A DNA stretch of 63,764 nt, the filler included, from Octopus bimaculoides (taxonomy: Eukaryota): assembly GCF_001194135.2 (NCBI RefSeq). It is 5 parts of 5 records of this genome, joined end to end, with 100 filler letters (N's around TTAATTAATTAA, not from the genome) between each part and the next. Parts side by side here need not be neighbours in the genome. Positions count along the whole stretch, not along the records: positions 1 to 23,465 come from NC_068983.1; positions 23,566 to 54,086 come from NC_068981.1; 3 more parts are not named here. The stretch is one strand, 5' to 3'. The position numbers and the translations under genes are program-made. Positions 11,460 to 23,961 of this stretch are shown here, piece after piece; position 1 is the first letter of the stretch; each line of letters opens with the position of its first letter. The notes beneath the pieces are model-generated. The model was not told the DNA's origin. It did no database searches and was given only the letters and a program-made list of their open reading frames with translations.

Positions 11460-13796
11460 GGATGGATGGATGGATGGATGGATCGATGGATGGATGATCA
11501 AATAGACAGACATATACACATATATGTGTATATGTGTGTATAGAATGTTCCGGTATGTAGGTGGCAAGACCTCATTTCAACTGCGCACTAATACAGGTGT
11601 ATAGTTAAATATCTGTCGAATGGGACCCTACTGTCGAAAAATGTAAAAAAGAAATAAAGGTAAGCTGCCCTTTTGCCGGATCTCAGGGAAAATTATCATC
11701 AGATCTAAATGATGTGTTTGGAGTTAATACGAGTTTTAATGACTTTGATGATTGGTCGACTCGATCAAATTCACCCCGTGCTAAACAATAGTGGCAACAG
11801 CAACAACTTTATATCAAGTAAAAAATAAAGGATTAAAATATTGATTCTTTTAAATTCAAATTTAATTTATGAAATGCAATATACTCCACTTAATCTGCTC
11901 ACGTATATTTCTGCAAATTACTTTATCAATATAAGAGAAATGAACGGCTAATTTGAGTCTTGTGGAATTTAAATTCGGAAATATGAAGTATTAGTTATAT
12001 TATGTATTATGTTGAATTTGACACTCTACTACCTCACTACTTTTCAATGTCCTTCATATGTTCAGTATTGATAATGTCTATTGTGAATTTTAATTCTGAT
12101 GTCAAATTATTATTTCTTATAATCAAATATTCAGATACTTCACAAATCATGTAACTGTCAAATAGTATTGGAAAATAACGGTTGAAAATGTAATTTTAAA
12201 TTTATGTTTTCTGTTACGCTTCTGATGTGATAATTTCCGTGGTGGTCGCCTCCACCAAGGAAGATAGCATTTTTGTGTATTACTAATAAATTTTTAACAA
12301 AACATTCTCACTTCAGTTAAAGTGTTAAAACAGCAAATAAGATTTTGGAGTTGATTATAGAAGGGGTTATTGATTTTTAAAAATTTTGTTGTGCAGGGGA
12401 TGGTATTAAATTATGATTTTGATCAAACTGTATTTTCAACAATGTTAACCAGCCTGTTGAGTGAAATAAAGTAGAATTGAATCGATTGGACGACGTTCTC
12501 CACAGCAGCCTGTAAAAATAATTTTGTTAATGGACTAGTAGAATAATTCTGATGAACTCTGTAAGTATAAAATCACAATATAAAATCAAGGTTACAAAAC
12601 AACGATTTTGTGATCACTAGATGAGAATATTTGGATCTTAAAACCAAAACTTTATTCAACCTCGAAGCGCAAAATCCAGAATGATGGTATAAAAATAATT
12701 GTAAATAGTATCCTTCCAAATAATATCCTCGTATATTAAAGTTATAAAGTCGCGACATAAATAGCGTTAAAGCGTTTGCGGACATTGTTACAATACAATA
12801 GAGATTTAAAGCTGCAGAAACTATTAACTCCATTAATTTAATTTCTGAACAATATTATGAGGCCGTATAAGCTTTAGTATTTGAAAGATTCCTGCAGCCA
12901 GGCGGGAATGAAATCTAGTTATGTAAATAGTTTCAGAATACGTGCATAATCATCCAGTTTAGAAATGTTTAAATGACCCTTGTGTCTTATAAGAATTAAA
13001 GTAAATGCAACATAGAGATTGTATAAATAGAGCAATTGTATAAATAGAGCAATTGTTTTTCTTGTAGATGACGTTCTCAAAAGAAACTTGCTCTATTTTT
13101 GCAATTCATCTTTCAAGCCAAAGACCCCCCCCCCACATATATATTTCAGACAGGAGTAACGTTTTTTTGTTGTTTTTTTTTTCATGTAGCACGTGAATAG
13201 TTCATGGATCATCAATCAAGCGAATTAAAATGGCTTCAATCGGAGATTGAATTATGATATCCAGTTGTTAGCTAGTTACTGGTACATGTCCCACTATGAT
13301 TCTCAGTCTGTAATAGACGATAGCCTCACAGAGCACATTTTTTTAATAACTTTCAAGGTCATGTCTATTAGTTATGGGAAAATGGTTCATATACTTTATG
13401 TAAGATTATATATAAAATAAAACGTTAAAATATTCTCATTTAAAGAGAATCAGTGAAACGCAAATTCTGACTTTGTATCCATTTATACTTAGTTATGAAA
13501 TGATGAAAACATAAGTTTTGTTATTTTTGTCAAATTTATATATTCAACAGATGTAGTAGATAATTGTTTTTCTCACACAAGCTTAAGATTTTTTTCCTGA
13601 TATGTTTTAATTTTTTTCTCTGCTGGGATAAGATATGATTTATTTAACAACAAAAAATAAATATGCTATCACGTTTTTCGGCAATATGTTTTGTTGATTA
13701 ATCAATGACAGAAACAAAGTTTTTAAAAATGTTTTTGAAAAATGTTTCTTCAGAAAAATGTGCAACACAGGTTCCATTTTAAACTGGATTTCTTTC

Positions 13797-14212
13797 TATC
13801 TTTCATTTTTTACTTGTTTCAGTCATTAGACTGCATCCATGCTGGGGCACCGCCCTGGAGAATTTTAGTCAACCTAATCGACCCCATTACTTAATTCCTT
13901 TTCTAAGCATTTTACTTATTCCATTGATTCTTTTGCCGAATCGCAAAGTCACTAACACTGATTGTCAAGTAATGATTAGGGTCAAACGTAGACACAAATA
14001 TATACACACACATATATATATACATATATATATACATATATATATACGACGGGTTTCTTTCTGTTTCCGTCTACCAAATCAGTTCTCACGGCTTTCGTCG
14101 GCCTGAGACTATAGAAGAAGACATTTGCACAAAATGCCACGCAGTAGGTTGAACCAGAGATGCAGTGGTTCAGAAGCAAACTTTTTACCACACAGCCACG
14201 CCTGTGCCGGTG
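13797..14212 (-). mobile_element. SINE family A, near-complete copy with internal (TA/CA) tract
   Basis: tRNA-like head (RC: caggcgtggctgtgtggtaaaaag...ggttcaacc), internal microsatellite at about 14000-14045, and 3' half matching 1731-1944. Confidence 0.8.
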
Positions 14213-14525
14213 CATTCACAACACGCTTGCTCTATTAACAAACTATCAACACAATGATAAGAGAGCCTGTGTACACTACTAGAAATAGTGCCTCAATATC
14301 TCTCAAATAACATCTTACTGATGTAAGGAAGAAGGGGTTTGCTTCCCTGTTTGCAATATGTACCGGGTGCAGATTACATCGATAACCAGCTGGAGGAGGC
14401 GTCCTCCTGGGTTTAAAATGGTAGTAACGTCGGTTCCTATGGAATAGCCATGTTGAAGTGGTGATAAACATTACTTCTCAGTACAGTTCATCTCTTATAG
14501 AGATTTTCTACCTAGCTACTTTGCT

Positions 14526-14573
<48 letters not shown>

Positions 14574-15443
14574 NNNNNNNNNNNNNNNNNNNNNNNNNNN
14601 NNNNNNNNNNNNNNNNNNNNNNNNNNNNNNNNNNNNNNNNNNNNNNNNNNNNNNNNNNNNNNNNNNNNNNNNNNNNNNNNNNNNNNNNNNNNNNNNNNNN
14701 NNNNNNNNNNNNNNNNNNNNNNNNNNNNNNNNNNNNNNNNNNNNNNNNNNNNNNNNNNNNNNNNNNNNNNNNNNNNNNNNNNNNNNNNNNNNNNNNNNNN
14801 NNNNNNNNNNNNNNNNNNNNNNNNNNNNNNNNNNNNNNNNNNNNNNNNNNNNNNNNNNNNNNNNNNNNNNNNNNNNNNNNNNNNNNNNNNNNNNNNNNNN
14901 NNNNNNNNNNNNNNNNNNNNNNNNNNNNNNNNNNNNNNNNNNNNNNNNNNNNNNNNNNNNNNNNNNNNNNNNNNNNNNNNNNNNNNNNNNNNNNNNNNNN
15001 NNNNNNNNNNNNNNNNNNNNNNNNNNNNNNNNNNNNNNNNNNNNNNNNNNNNNNNNNNNNNNNNNNNNNNNNNNNNNNNNNNNNNNNNNNNNNNNNNNNN
15101 NNNNNNNNNNNNNNNNNNNNNNNNNNNNNNNNNNNNNNNNNNNNNNNNNNNNNNNNNNNNNNNNNNNNNNNNNNNNNNNNNNNNNNNNGATGTGTGTGCG
15201 TGTGTGTATGTATGTATACTTGGGTGTGTGTGTGTGTTCGTTTGTGGACGGGGGTGCGTTGTATGGGTGTATGTGGATGTGCGTGCGTGTGTTTGTGTAG
15301 GGTTGTAGGTGTTGGGTACGTGTGCGTGTGTGTGCGAGTATGTGTGCGTGTGTATGTGTATGTGGGTGGGTGTGTGTATGTGTGTAGATGTGCGTATGTG
15401 TGTGGGATTGTGATGTGTGTGGGATTGTGATGTGTGTGGGATT

Positions 15444-15481
<38 letters not shown>

Positions 15482-15927
15482 CAAAGACGATATTAATAGG
15501 GCTCAAGCTATGATGATTCAGGGCTAAATAACCAAAGCAAATTACTGGTTACTAAACTTAGAAATAATGAAGCATTTGTATCTGATAAGAACTTATAACG
15601 TCTCAGCTTGCAGTCCCTACCCTAGCATTTTGATATTTACTCTCTAAAATGCCAGACTGTATGTTGAGTTAAGTATAGGGTGATGATAGCGATAGATTTC
15701 TGTTATCCGAGGATGTGAATTCACTCGTTCGATCAATAATTAAAAATTAGCCCTCTCCAACACTCATTCATCCTCTACTCCTACCTCACGTCTCTACCCT
15801 AACCCCAAACTACAAGACTATATTTCGTATACTTAGGTGGAAATGTTGTCCTAATCCAAGGAATACAACCCCGACGGGGGAATTTCAACCATGTTTCGTG
15901 GTCTGCTACCACAACAGCTCCTTTATA

Positions 15928-16261
15928 GGATCCAGTTAGCTCAAGACATCATCAGGAGGAACCACGTCCGGTTTCGGCCCCTACTTCTCTACCGTTTTGA
16001 CGTGGCGGGGCCACCCCCTTTCGGAGGTGTTTTCAGTTCTGGTGTTGGGTGCATGTCTTCTTTCACTGTTTGTGACTGTTCTAATTCAACCGTGGAATGT
16101 CCCTCGCTATGGTTATTTTCCAGGAGGTTCTGGCCACACGTCTTACGGTTCATCAACCCGCGTTGTTGAATTACTTTCTTCCGACATACCTTCCCTTGGT
16201 GGATTCGGATCCAGTTAGCTGAAGACATCATCAGGAGGAACCACGTCCGGTTTCGGCCCCT
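15928..16261. repeat. 55-bp direct repeat pair within a GC-richer, probably TE-derived tract
   Basis: 15928-15982 equals 16207-16261 with one mismatch. Confidence 0.85.
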
Positions 16262-17497
16262 GATTTCTTTAAGTTTTGTTTTGCTAGCTTCTTGCATGAA
16301 TCTCGTTCTGATATTTTGCTTCATCCCTAAGACTCGTGAATCAGGAGACAAATGAAGGTGTCCACTGGCAAAGAGCACACGACATACTGTTACATTCAGC
16401 TATCTAGGATGATTGATAGGTTTGGATCTATATCTCTGATATAAAAACATTTTATAATTTTACTATATTAAGACTATAATATACCATAATATTAAAAAAT
16501 ATGTACGTGTGTCTGTGTGTATGTGTATGTATATGTGCGCACTTAAATAGGTGTGGGTGCAATATGGCCGAATGATAAATAATTTCGTTTTACAGCTGCG
16601 TGGCCAGGTAAATATTAATTTATAAAGGCTAGAATTGCTCTATAACTTGATGACTGAGTAGATCTAAACTGTATTGAAATCTATCGAGTTAATTATATCT
16701 GTAATTCAAAAAAAAGATGGTACCATGTCACTCACTGTACCACAATAATTCTGATTGCGAATTAGGGTACTGATACAGGTGTCTCTGAAAATCTCAGCTA
16801 CTTAAATGTTATTTCAGAATGACTGTCAATAGAATCACATTGTCGAACGGCGGAAATCCAACACAAGCATCACCATATACTTAAACCAGCAAGCGGTATG
16901 GTATTTTTCAGAGCAATTATCGAAATGTTAAGGTAAGGACTGCAAGTTGGGTCGTTGTAAGTTCTTATCAGATGCAAATGCTTCATTTGTTTCTAAGTTT
17001 AGTTACGAGGAAAGCGCTTTAGTTATTTAGCCCAGAATCATCATAGCTATAGCACTATTTATTTCCTTTTTGCATGTCCGACGTATCTTTTGAGAGATAT
17101 TTGAGAGATATTGAACCACCATGTCTAGTAGAGCGCGCAGACTCTCTCATTCGTGTGTAGGGGGTTTGTAAATAGAACAAACGTGTCGTGAATACTATCA
17201 ACGGTTCATGAATTGCACTAGAAATTTTATGAATGCTATTAGTGATTATAAATGCTACATGCTATTTGTTCTTGCTCCCAGGATTTAACATATTATGAAA
17301 ATGCTTTATAGATGGAGTTGAAAGGTACATTTCCTGTCCTTGCTGCGCGTGCTCTAACCATCTGCTAATATTTATATTGATTTCTTATATAGATGCAAGG
17401 TCTCATATTCAAATAGGAATTGAAATAAAGGCGATGACATAAAGTTGGCCTTACTACGCAGTTACGCTTACTACTATAGTTATCTTTATATACTTAC

Positions 17498-17549
17498 TTA
17501 ATACCACTAATACTCCAGGAGTCCAGTGGTGGAGGAGCTACTCCGGATG
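17498..17549 (-). CDS. Metallopeptidase exon A (probable)
   Basis: Acceptor ttttcatttctttgcag, donor AA|gtaagt. The only open frame is phase 1 to 2 (xSGVAPPPLDSWSISGI), which matches the phase-2 start of exon B (AA+C = Asn). The 7.2-kb intron contains N-gaps. Confidence 0.7.
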
Positions 17550-18403
17550 CTGCAAAGAAATGAAAATCGTGTTTATAAATGCTAATTTTTGGAAAAGAAT
17601 ATAATTGTTATCATATCAACAAACACATGCGACTTAACGTCAATAAAAGAAACTTGATCATGTGTGAAAACTCTGGTATGAATTTGTAGTGAATACGCAT
17701 ATTTTGAGCGGTAGGTTTATCATCCACTTAGCTATAGGTAATAACTTCAGGAATAAAATTACTCGTTAATGTAAACAATAGCTGCAATACCGTAAACTTT
17801 ATGAATGTTTAGCCAACGTGCAGTATTCAATTTATCCTGTTGGCCTCAAGGAAACATAACGCAAAATAAGTCCCACCACTATGACCAACTTTGCTATTAA
17901 ATAAATAAGGTGTTTCTGCTGACGAACGGAATATGACGAATGGTTTGCCATAGTGCATTTTACTGTAATCATATCACTTTTAAGGCACAGTTGAAGATCA
18001 TAATCGAATACGAGGAAATCTAAGACTGCCTGCGTGTGTGTGTGTACATGTATGCATGTATGTATGTATGTATGTATGTATGTATGTATGTATGTATGTA
18101 TGTAGGCGCGCGGTAGAGCAGTCTAAAGGTGTTTCAAGCCCTTGTTGACGCAACTTTGTGACACGTTTTCGGTTCCTAGTAGATCCATTTCATTTCACTT
18201 GATTCTCTTGTCAACGTAAGAGTTTCTCTCTTGACTTTTCTCAAATGTGTAACGTATGTCAAATTTTCATTTCATGTGATACGTAGAGATGAATTGAAAC
18301 ACAAAGAAACAATAAGTTTTACATATATGCATAAGCACATACCTGCATGCACACATACATACATGCATGCATACTTATATGCACACATACATACATACAT
18401 ACA

Positions 18404-18434
<31 letters not shown>

Positions 18435-18662
18435 CATAAACTAACTGTTACTTTCTCAGATGCAGCACGGAATTTTGTCAGTGGACAGGTGGCTGTTTCA
18501 AAGCGACGAAAGTATTTTGAAAAATTAAATTTAAACGTTGAAGTGAATCTAACAGGTTCTGTGTGTTTTTAAATGGCTTATAAACACCTTCCACGCTGCA
18601 ATTGTTTTTGTTTCAGCACACAATCTCAAATCAGTGTAACTTGCTATACAAGTTCATCTCCG

Positions 18663-18703
<41 letters not shown>

Positions 18704-19775
18704 NNNNNNNNNNNNNNNNNNNNNNNNNNNNNNNNNNNNNNNNNNNNNNNNNNNNNNNNNNNNNNNNNNNNNNNNNNNNNNNNNNNNNNNNNNNNNNNNN
18801 NNNNNNNNNNNNNNNNNNNNNNNNNNNNNNNNNNNNNNNNNNNNNNNNNNNNNNNNNNNNNNNNNNNNNNNNNNNNNNNNNNNNNNNNNNNNNNNNNNNN
18901 NNNNNNNNNNNNNNNNNNNNNNNNNNNNNNNNNNNNNNNNNNNNNNNNNNNNNNNNNNNNNNNNNNNNNNNNNNNNNNNNNNNNNNNNNNNNNNNNNNNN
19001 NNNNNNNNNNNNNNNNNNNNNNNNNNNNNNNNNNNNNNNNNNNTTTTTTTTTTTTTTTTTTTTTTGCCTGTCTTTGCCAAACATTTCAATCATACTCTTT
19101 TTGCAGAGGGCTGTACCAACGCTTGGACACATTATATCTTCCATTCTCAATAAAAACAACCTCCCTCATCTGCCAATTATCTACCTAACCTTCTCAATTT
19201 CAACAGATATAAAAAGTGAAGAACAACCTTCACTGATATCTTGAGACTCTTTCTTTCCTTTGAGAACACCAGAACAGCTTCCTTAAAGCCAGGTCTAATT
19301 GGAGGTTCTGGGCGATGTCGCTCACCAGTAGCTGTTCATTGAGTATTTCGTCGAAGATAACGTTATTGTTCATGAATCAATTAAGAAAGAATTCCAGATA
19401 TCCTTGTCACGTTCTCTCTTCGTATTTCTCCAAATGCATTCACTACCTTTATACTCTTTGAACTTTTCTAGTCCCCACCATTTGATTAGCTCTCATTCTG
19501 TCTTAACAACAGGTATTTGCCCTTGTCATTTTACTCGTTTATCACTCTCAGTGACTTCAAAACTATCAAATGAATTTGCCTCTTGTTTTATTCCTATTTC
19601 AACATCACCAGTGCAATGTGCGAATCGGTTGCCATTTAGGCCATTTATTGTCAAGATATGCATCTCTTTCTGAGTCGGGATCGCCATTAAAATGTATCCA
19701 TAATAGAACAGTCAAAACTTTTGCAATATTTTGGTAACTCATTTGCTTTATTTGTCATGCTACTACAAAAGATGC

Positions 19776-20190
19776 CTAGCATTGAAAGTAGACGCAATCA
19801 TGAAGCCACCCTTCTGCCAGTTCTTTGATGTCAAGCTGATACCAGTTCTTGTCCTTCGAGGTGAAGAATTCATTGAGTGAAGCTTCCATGGTTGATGAAG
19901 CGTTGTGTGCGCAGGAAATGAACCATGAAGTGGAACAAGTAATAAACCGAGTTACATCCGGACTTTACGCTGAGTGTAGCATCAGCTCAATTCCCTCAAG
20001 ATCTTGTACTTCATTCCGGATCGTTCGAGCTTGCTTTCTGTTAACCAATACCGGCATATATCCGCTCCAGCTGTCTGGAGTATAGATTAATATTGATGGT
20101 TCGACCGTCCGAAACGAATTCGTAATAAGCGAACTCATAATTCCACGAGACACAGAGCATCACCTTACTCATATGGGGCGACGGATCCCG
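19776..20190 (-). mobile_element. Degenerate mariner transposase, C-terminal fragment
   Basis: KVMLCVSWNYEF.YYEFVSDGRTIN.NLYSRQLER, a YSPDV-like/YYLF segment, and EFFTSKDKNWY..LAEGW. Confidence 0.8.
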
Positions 20191-21049
20191 GAAGCCGACC
20201 ATCGCTCAACCATCGCTTATGCACATTAGAATTGCTGCAGCTGTTGATGATGTTTCTCAGAACTGTGATCAAATGTAGTTCAGCTGTAACCACGCTGACA
20301 AATTATGGAAAATGTATATGTAGGTGTGAATTAACAAATGTGTTTTTTTTTAATTTAGTAGGTTATGATGAGGGAGATTTGGTAGTAAAAATATTTTGCA
20401 TAAGCGTGAATTAAATCATTGGCAATTTTAAAATTTCTCACACAGGGTTCGAGCATAATGTTGCGTTTTAATGTACCACACAGTGTTGCGTTGGATGAGT
20501 TATGCTTTTTGCACATACAATGGAAATTCAGTATAAAATTATTGAATTTCTCAAACACCGTAGGTCCCCTCTCGCGAACAATAACGAAGATGAAAATGTG
20601 ATATCTGGCTGATATTACCAGCCATCTCAAAGATTTGAACATGTCAAAGCAGGAAAAATGGCATGCATATTATTCAAAGCAGGGAAAACCTTGTGGCATT
20701 TACTAGGAAATTATCAGTTTGGCACTAACGTGTTTTGTCATTCGCCCGTTTTGCAATTAATCAATATGACAAAACCTTTATGTTCTCTCCTGTTCTGTTA
20801 CTGGTTATACTTAGGTAAAGAAACTGATATCTGTTGAAGTTAATACTGGCCTCTACAAAGACTAGTGATTATCATGGCTGCGATAAGCTAGCAAATATAG
20901 TACCAGGACATAGGCGCCAGGACGTAAAGAATCGTTTTCCTAACATTAACTCAATATTCGCAGACATTTTTATTTATAATGCAAGAAAAGCGATGGGTAA
21001 TATACAAAAGTGTATTGCTACCCAAATGATAGTAAATGTTAGCAAATAA

Positions 21050-21248
21050 TAATAATAATGATCCTTTCTGCCAAAGGCACAAGGCCTGGAATTTTGGGGA
21101 GGAGTTAAGTCAATTACATCGACCCCAGTACACAACGCATAGTTAATTTATCAAGTCCGAAAAAATGAAAGACAAAGTCGACCTCGGCGGAATATGAACT
21201 AAGAACGTAAAGACGGACGAAATGCCGCTAAACATTTTGCCCGGCGTG
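21050..21248 (-). mobile_element. SINE family B (Nin/Deu-like central domain)
   Basis: RC contains gaggtcgactttgtctttcat...gggtcgatgtaattgact and a (TTA)n tail. Matches the copies at 25417, 33005, 44495 and 58905. The Nin-domain label is from memory. Confidence 0.7.
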
Positions 21249-21432
21249 GGAATGATCAAGAAAGGTAGTGACAAATTCTTTGACCAGAACCTTGGGAAAC
21301 CAGCAATTTATGAGACTCAAAAAATTGTGTTGACATCAACCGATCACATTCTCTAATATATACGTGCCTTAGATCGGAAGATGAAAGAAAATGCAAATCA
21401 ATCGGAAAATAACATAATAATAATCTTTTATA

Positions 21433-22744
21433 TTAGGTCATCCCATAAATAATTCGAATTTTTTATACTTCTTTTATTTTTTAAAATTAAGATAAACAAA
21501 GTTTTTTTTTAAATCTAAAAAATTGTTGAATGACCAAATCCAAGCTTCTCTGCTAGTTCTTCAACAGTTACGATGAGACTTTGTTCCACCAGGGTTTGCA
21601 GGACGTCTTCGTTGAGCTCTGTAGATCTTCCAGGATGAGACTCATCTTCTAGGCTGTAGTTTCCGGCTCGGAATATCTGGAACCATCGTTGACACTGACT
21701 TACGATTATTGTCCGATCCTCATATATTGCATTAATGTTCCTAGCACTTTCCGTTGCGCTGTTGCCTTTCTTAAACTCATAAAGCAAAATATACTGAATA
21801 TGCTCTTTTGTCACTTCCATTATAGTTTTGAAACAATAACTGTTAAAATCGAACTGTACTCTTCAAAACTTTCACTAGGAATAAGTACAAGCTAAGATTA
21901 CTACCTGCTTTTACAGTAGGTTGATGCAGGTAGTTTATCTCATACCCCTTTAATCATTCATCTACACCTGCGTGACATCGGAAAAATCAGCAACTTGGGT
22001 CAGTCGGTTCCTCATAAACTTTCCGAGTCTAGTCACACACAGAGGGTGAATGTGTGCTCTTCTTTGCTGTCACGTCTTACAAATGAACTGTTTTGGACCG
22101 AATAGTGACTGGTGACGAGAAATGGGTTCACTATAAAAATGTCAAGCGCGGAAAACAGTGGGTACGCAAAGGAGGAACACCGGCACCCCAGGCTTAAATA
22201 GGTCTTCACCTACGTAAGGTGTTCTCTGTTTCGTGGAATACGAATGGTTTAGTCCACTTTGAACTTTTAAATCCAAACCAAGCGATAACAAAGGAGATTT
22301 ACTGAGAGCAGCTTGAGCGGCTTAAGTCAGCGCTAGAAGAAAAACGACCATCTTTGGTTTCAAGATGAAAGGTGTTCTTCCATCAAGATAATGCTCTGCC
22401 ACAAAAAGCGAAGATGACATTCCAAAGATTGGAGCATTTTGAATGGTAAACGATGCTCCACCCACCTTATTCGCAAGACATTGCCCCATCTGATTGTAAT
22501 TTATTACGTGGTCTTCAAAATCATTTGGATAGAAAAATATGAATTCTGTAGACGAGGTCAGAACAGTACTGGAGGAATATTTTTCGTCACGAACAAGTGA
22601 AGTTGAAAGAGGGGCCTTGCAAGACTACCAGGTAGATGGAAGAGCATTGTATAAAATGAAGGAGAGTATATTTTAGATTAAAAAAGCACTTAGTTGAACA
22701 ATGAAAGAAGTATAAAACACGGCATTATTAATGGGATGACCCAA
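21433..22744 (+). mobile_element. Full-length mariner (Tc1/mariner) transposon, defective, with internal inversion
   Basis: TA-flanked TIRs (ttaggtcatcccataaataat / attattaatgggatgacccaa). The N-terminal transposase MEVTKEHI...GFGHSTI is on the minus strand (21521-21820). The remainder is on the plus strand (VPHKLS, IVTGDEKW, HQDNA, HPPYSQDIAPSD, ending ILD*) with stops and frameshifts. Confidence 0.93.
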
Positions 22745-23465
22745 TACATATAATATAGCTATAAAGTGTATATGTATGTATATATGTGTGTGTGTATGTA
22801 TGTATGTATGTATGTATGTATGTATGTATGCATGCATGCGAGTGTGTGTGTGTATGTATGTATGTATGTATGTAGGTAGGTAGGCAGGGAGGTAGGTAGG
22901 CAGATTGGTAGGTAGGTAGGTAGGTAGGTAGGTAGGAAGGTATTCATTTCAGGCTTTCAACAGCTTAAAGTTTGAAAGTCAGATTTCTTTACAAGCAGTC
23001 GTATACCATATTCCATCGGTATGTAGAGTATTGTTGCTTGTGGGTTGTATATTTCATTTTCTCAAATGAAAGTTAAGTGAATGATTTTAATAATTTTAAA
23101 GAAATATGTTAGAAAGTATTATAGAAAACATGATGTATTACCCGAAGATTGGCGACATGAAGTGACTGTTATAACTGATAGTAACTACTTATGAAACCTA
23201 ATCGCTTGTTAGTTTTAAAAGTGTAAACCTATAATAACAGACAGTCTCGTGATAATACCCCGGCCAGTTTCAAAATTAAGACTTTTGGAAGTTTATCGAG
23301 AACCATGAAATAGATAATTACATTTGGAATGATATATCTTCTGAAAAATTAACACTAAATATATAGTGTTAGGAGCAAAAATTTTGGAAATATATTCTTT
23401 GTTATGCACTTATCACATCATGAATATATACGTATATATATATAAATATGTATATGTATGTATGT

Positions 23466-23565
23466 NNNNNNNNNNNNNNNNNNNNNNNNNNNNNNNNNNN
23501 NNNNNNNNNTTAATTAATTAANNNNNNNNNNNNNNNNNNNNNNNNNNNNNNNNNNNNNNNNNNNN
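23466..23565. other. Assembly join spacer (44 N + TTAATTAATTAA + 44 N)
   Basis: Identical 100-bp spacers also at 54087-54186, 57979-58078 and 62431-62530. Confidence 0.95.
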
Positions 23566-23705
23566 ATATATTATAGATAGATAGTATACATGTATATGTG
23601 TGTGAGTGATTGTTTTCATGTACATATATGCAAAGACAATTATAAACACTAGCATTAAATTGTATCAGACGTACGTGAGATGAATGCTCAATACAAGCTG
23701 TAGAG

Positions 23706-23961
23706 CAGTGCTTCTGAAGAATTTTTAACGTTTGGACCTATTTGTATTCTATTTCACTTCACTGGTCGCACATAGACTTTCAATATTTAAAAACAATCGA
23801 TTTATACTTTTATAGTTATGATTATGTGGATTATATTTTTTAAGATTGCTAAAACATTTTGTGTATTGTAGAAGATTAACCGATTTGTTGCACATAACAC
23901 TTTAACAACAAAATTCTATATGGGCCCCTGAAGGTCATACAGACCTGGCTGAGAAGCACTG
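23706..23961. mobile_element. hAT (Charlie-like) non-autonomous element, 256 bp
   Basis: Termini CAGTGCTTCT...AGAAGCACTG; 8-bp TSD ctgtagag (23698-23705) / ctgcagag (23962-23969). Confidence 0.85.

Noticed and set aside
14319-14436. Possible phase 1-2 exon of the peptidase (ttccatag ... CA|gtaaga)
   Set aside because: Weak pyrimidine tract and no family-like sequence. Exon A fits better, and including both would shift the frame. An alternative-exon role cannot be excluded without RNA data.
15885-15982. CTGATGA and GAAAC on the minus strand, as a possible hammerhead
   Set aside because: Stems I and II cannot be formed around the core in type I, II or III topology.
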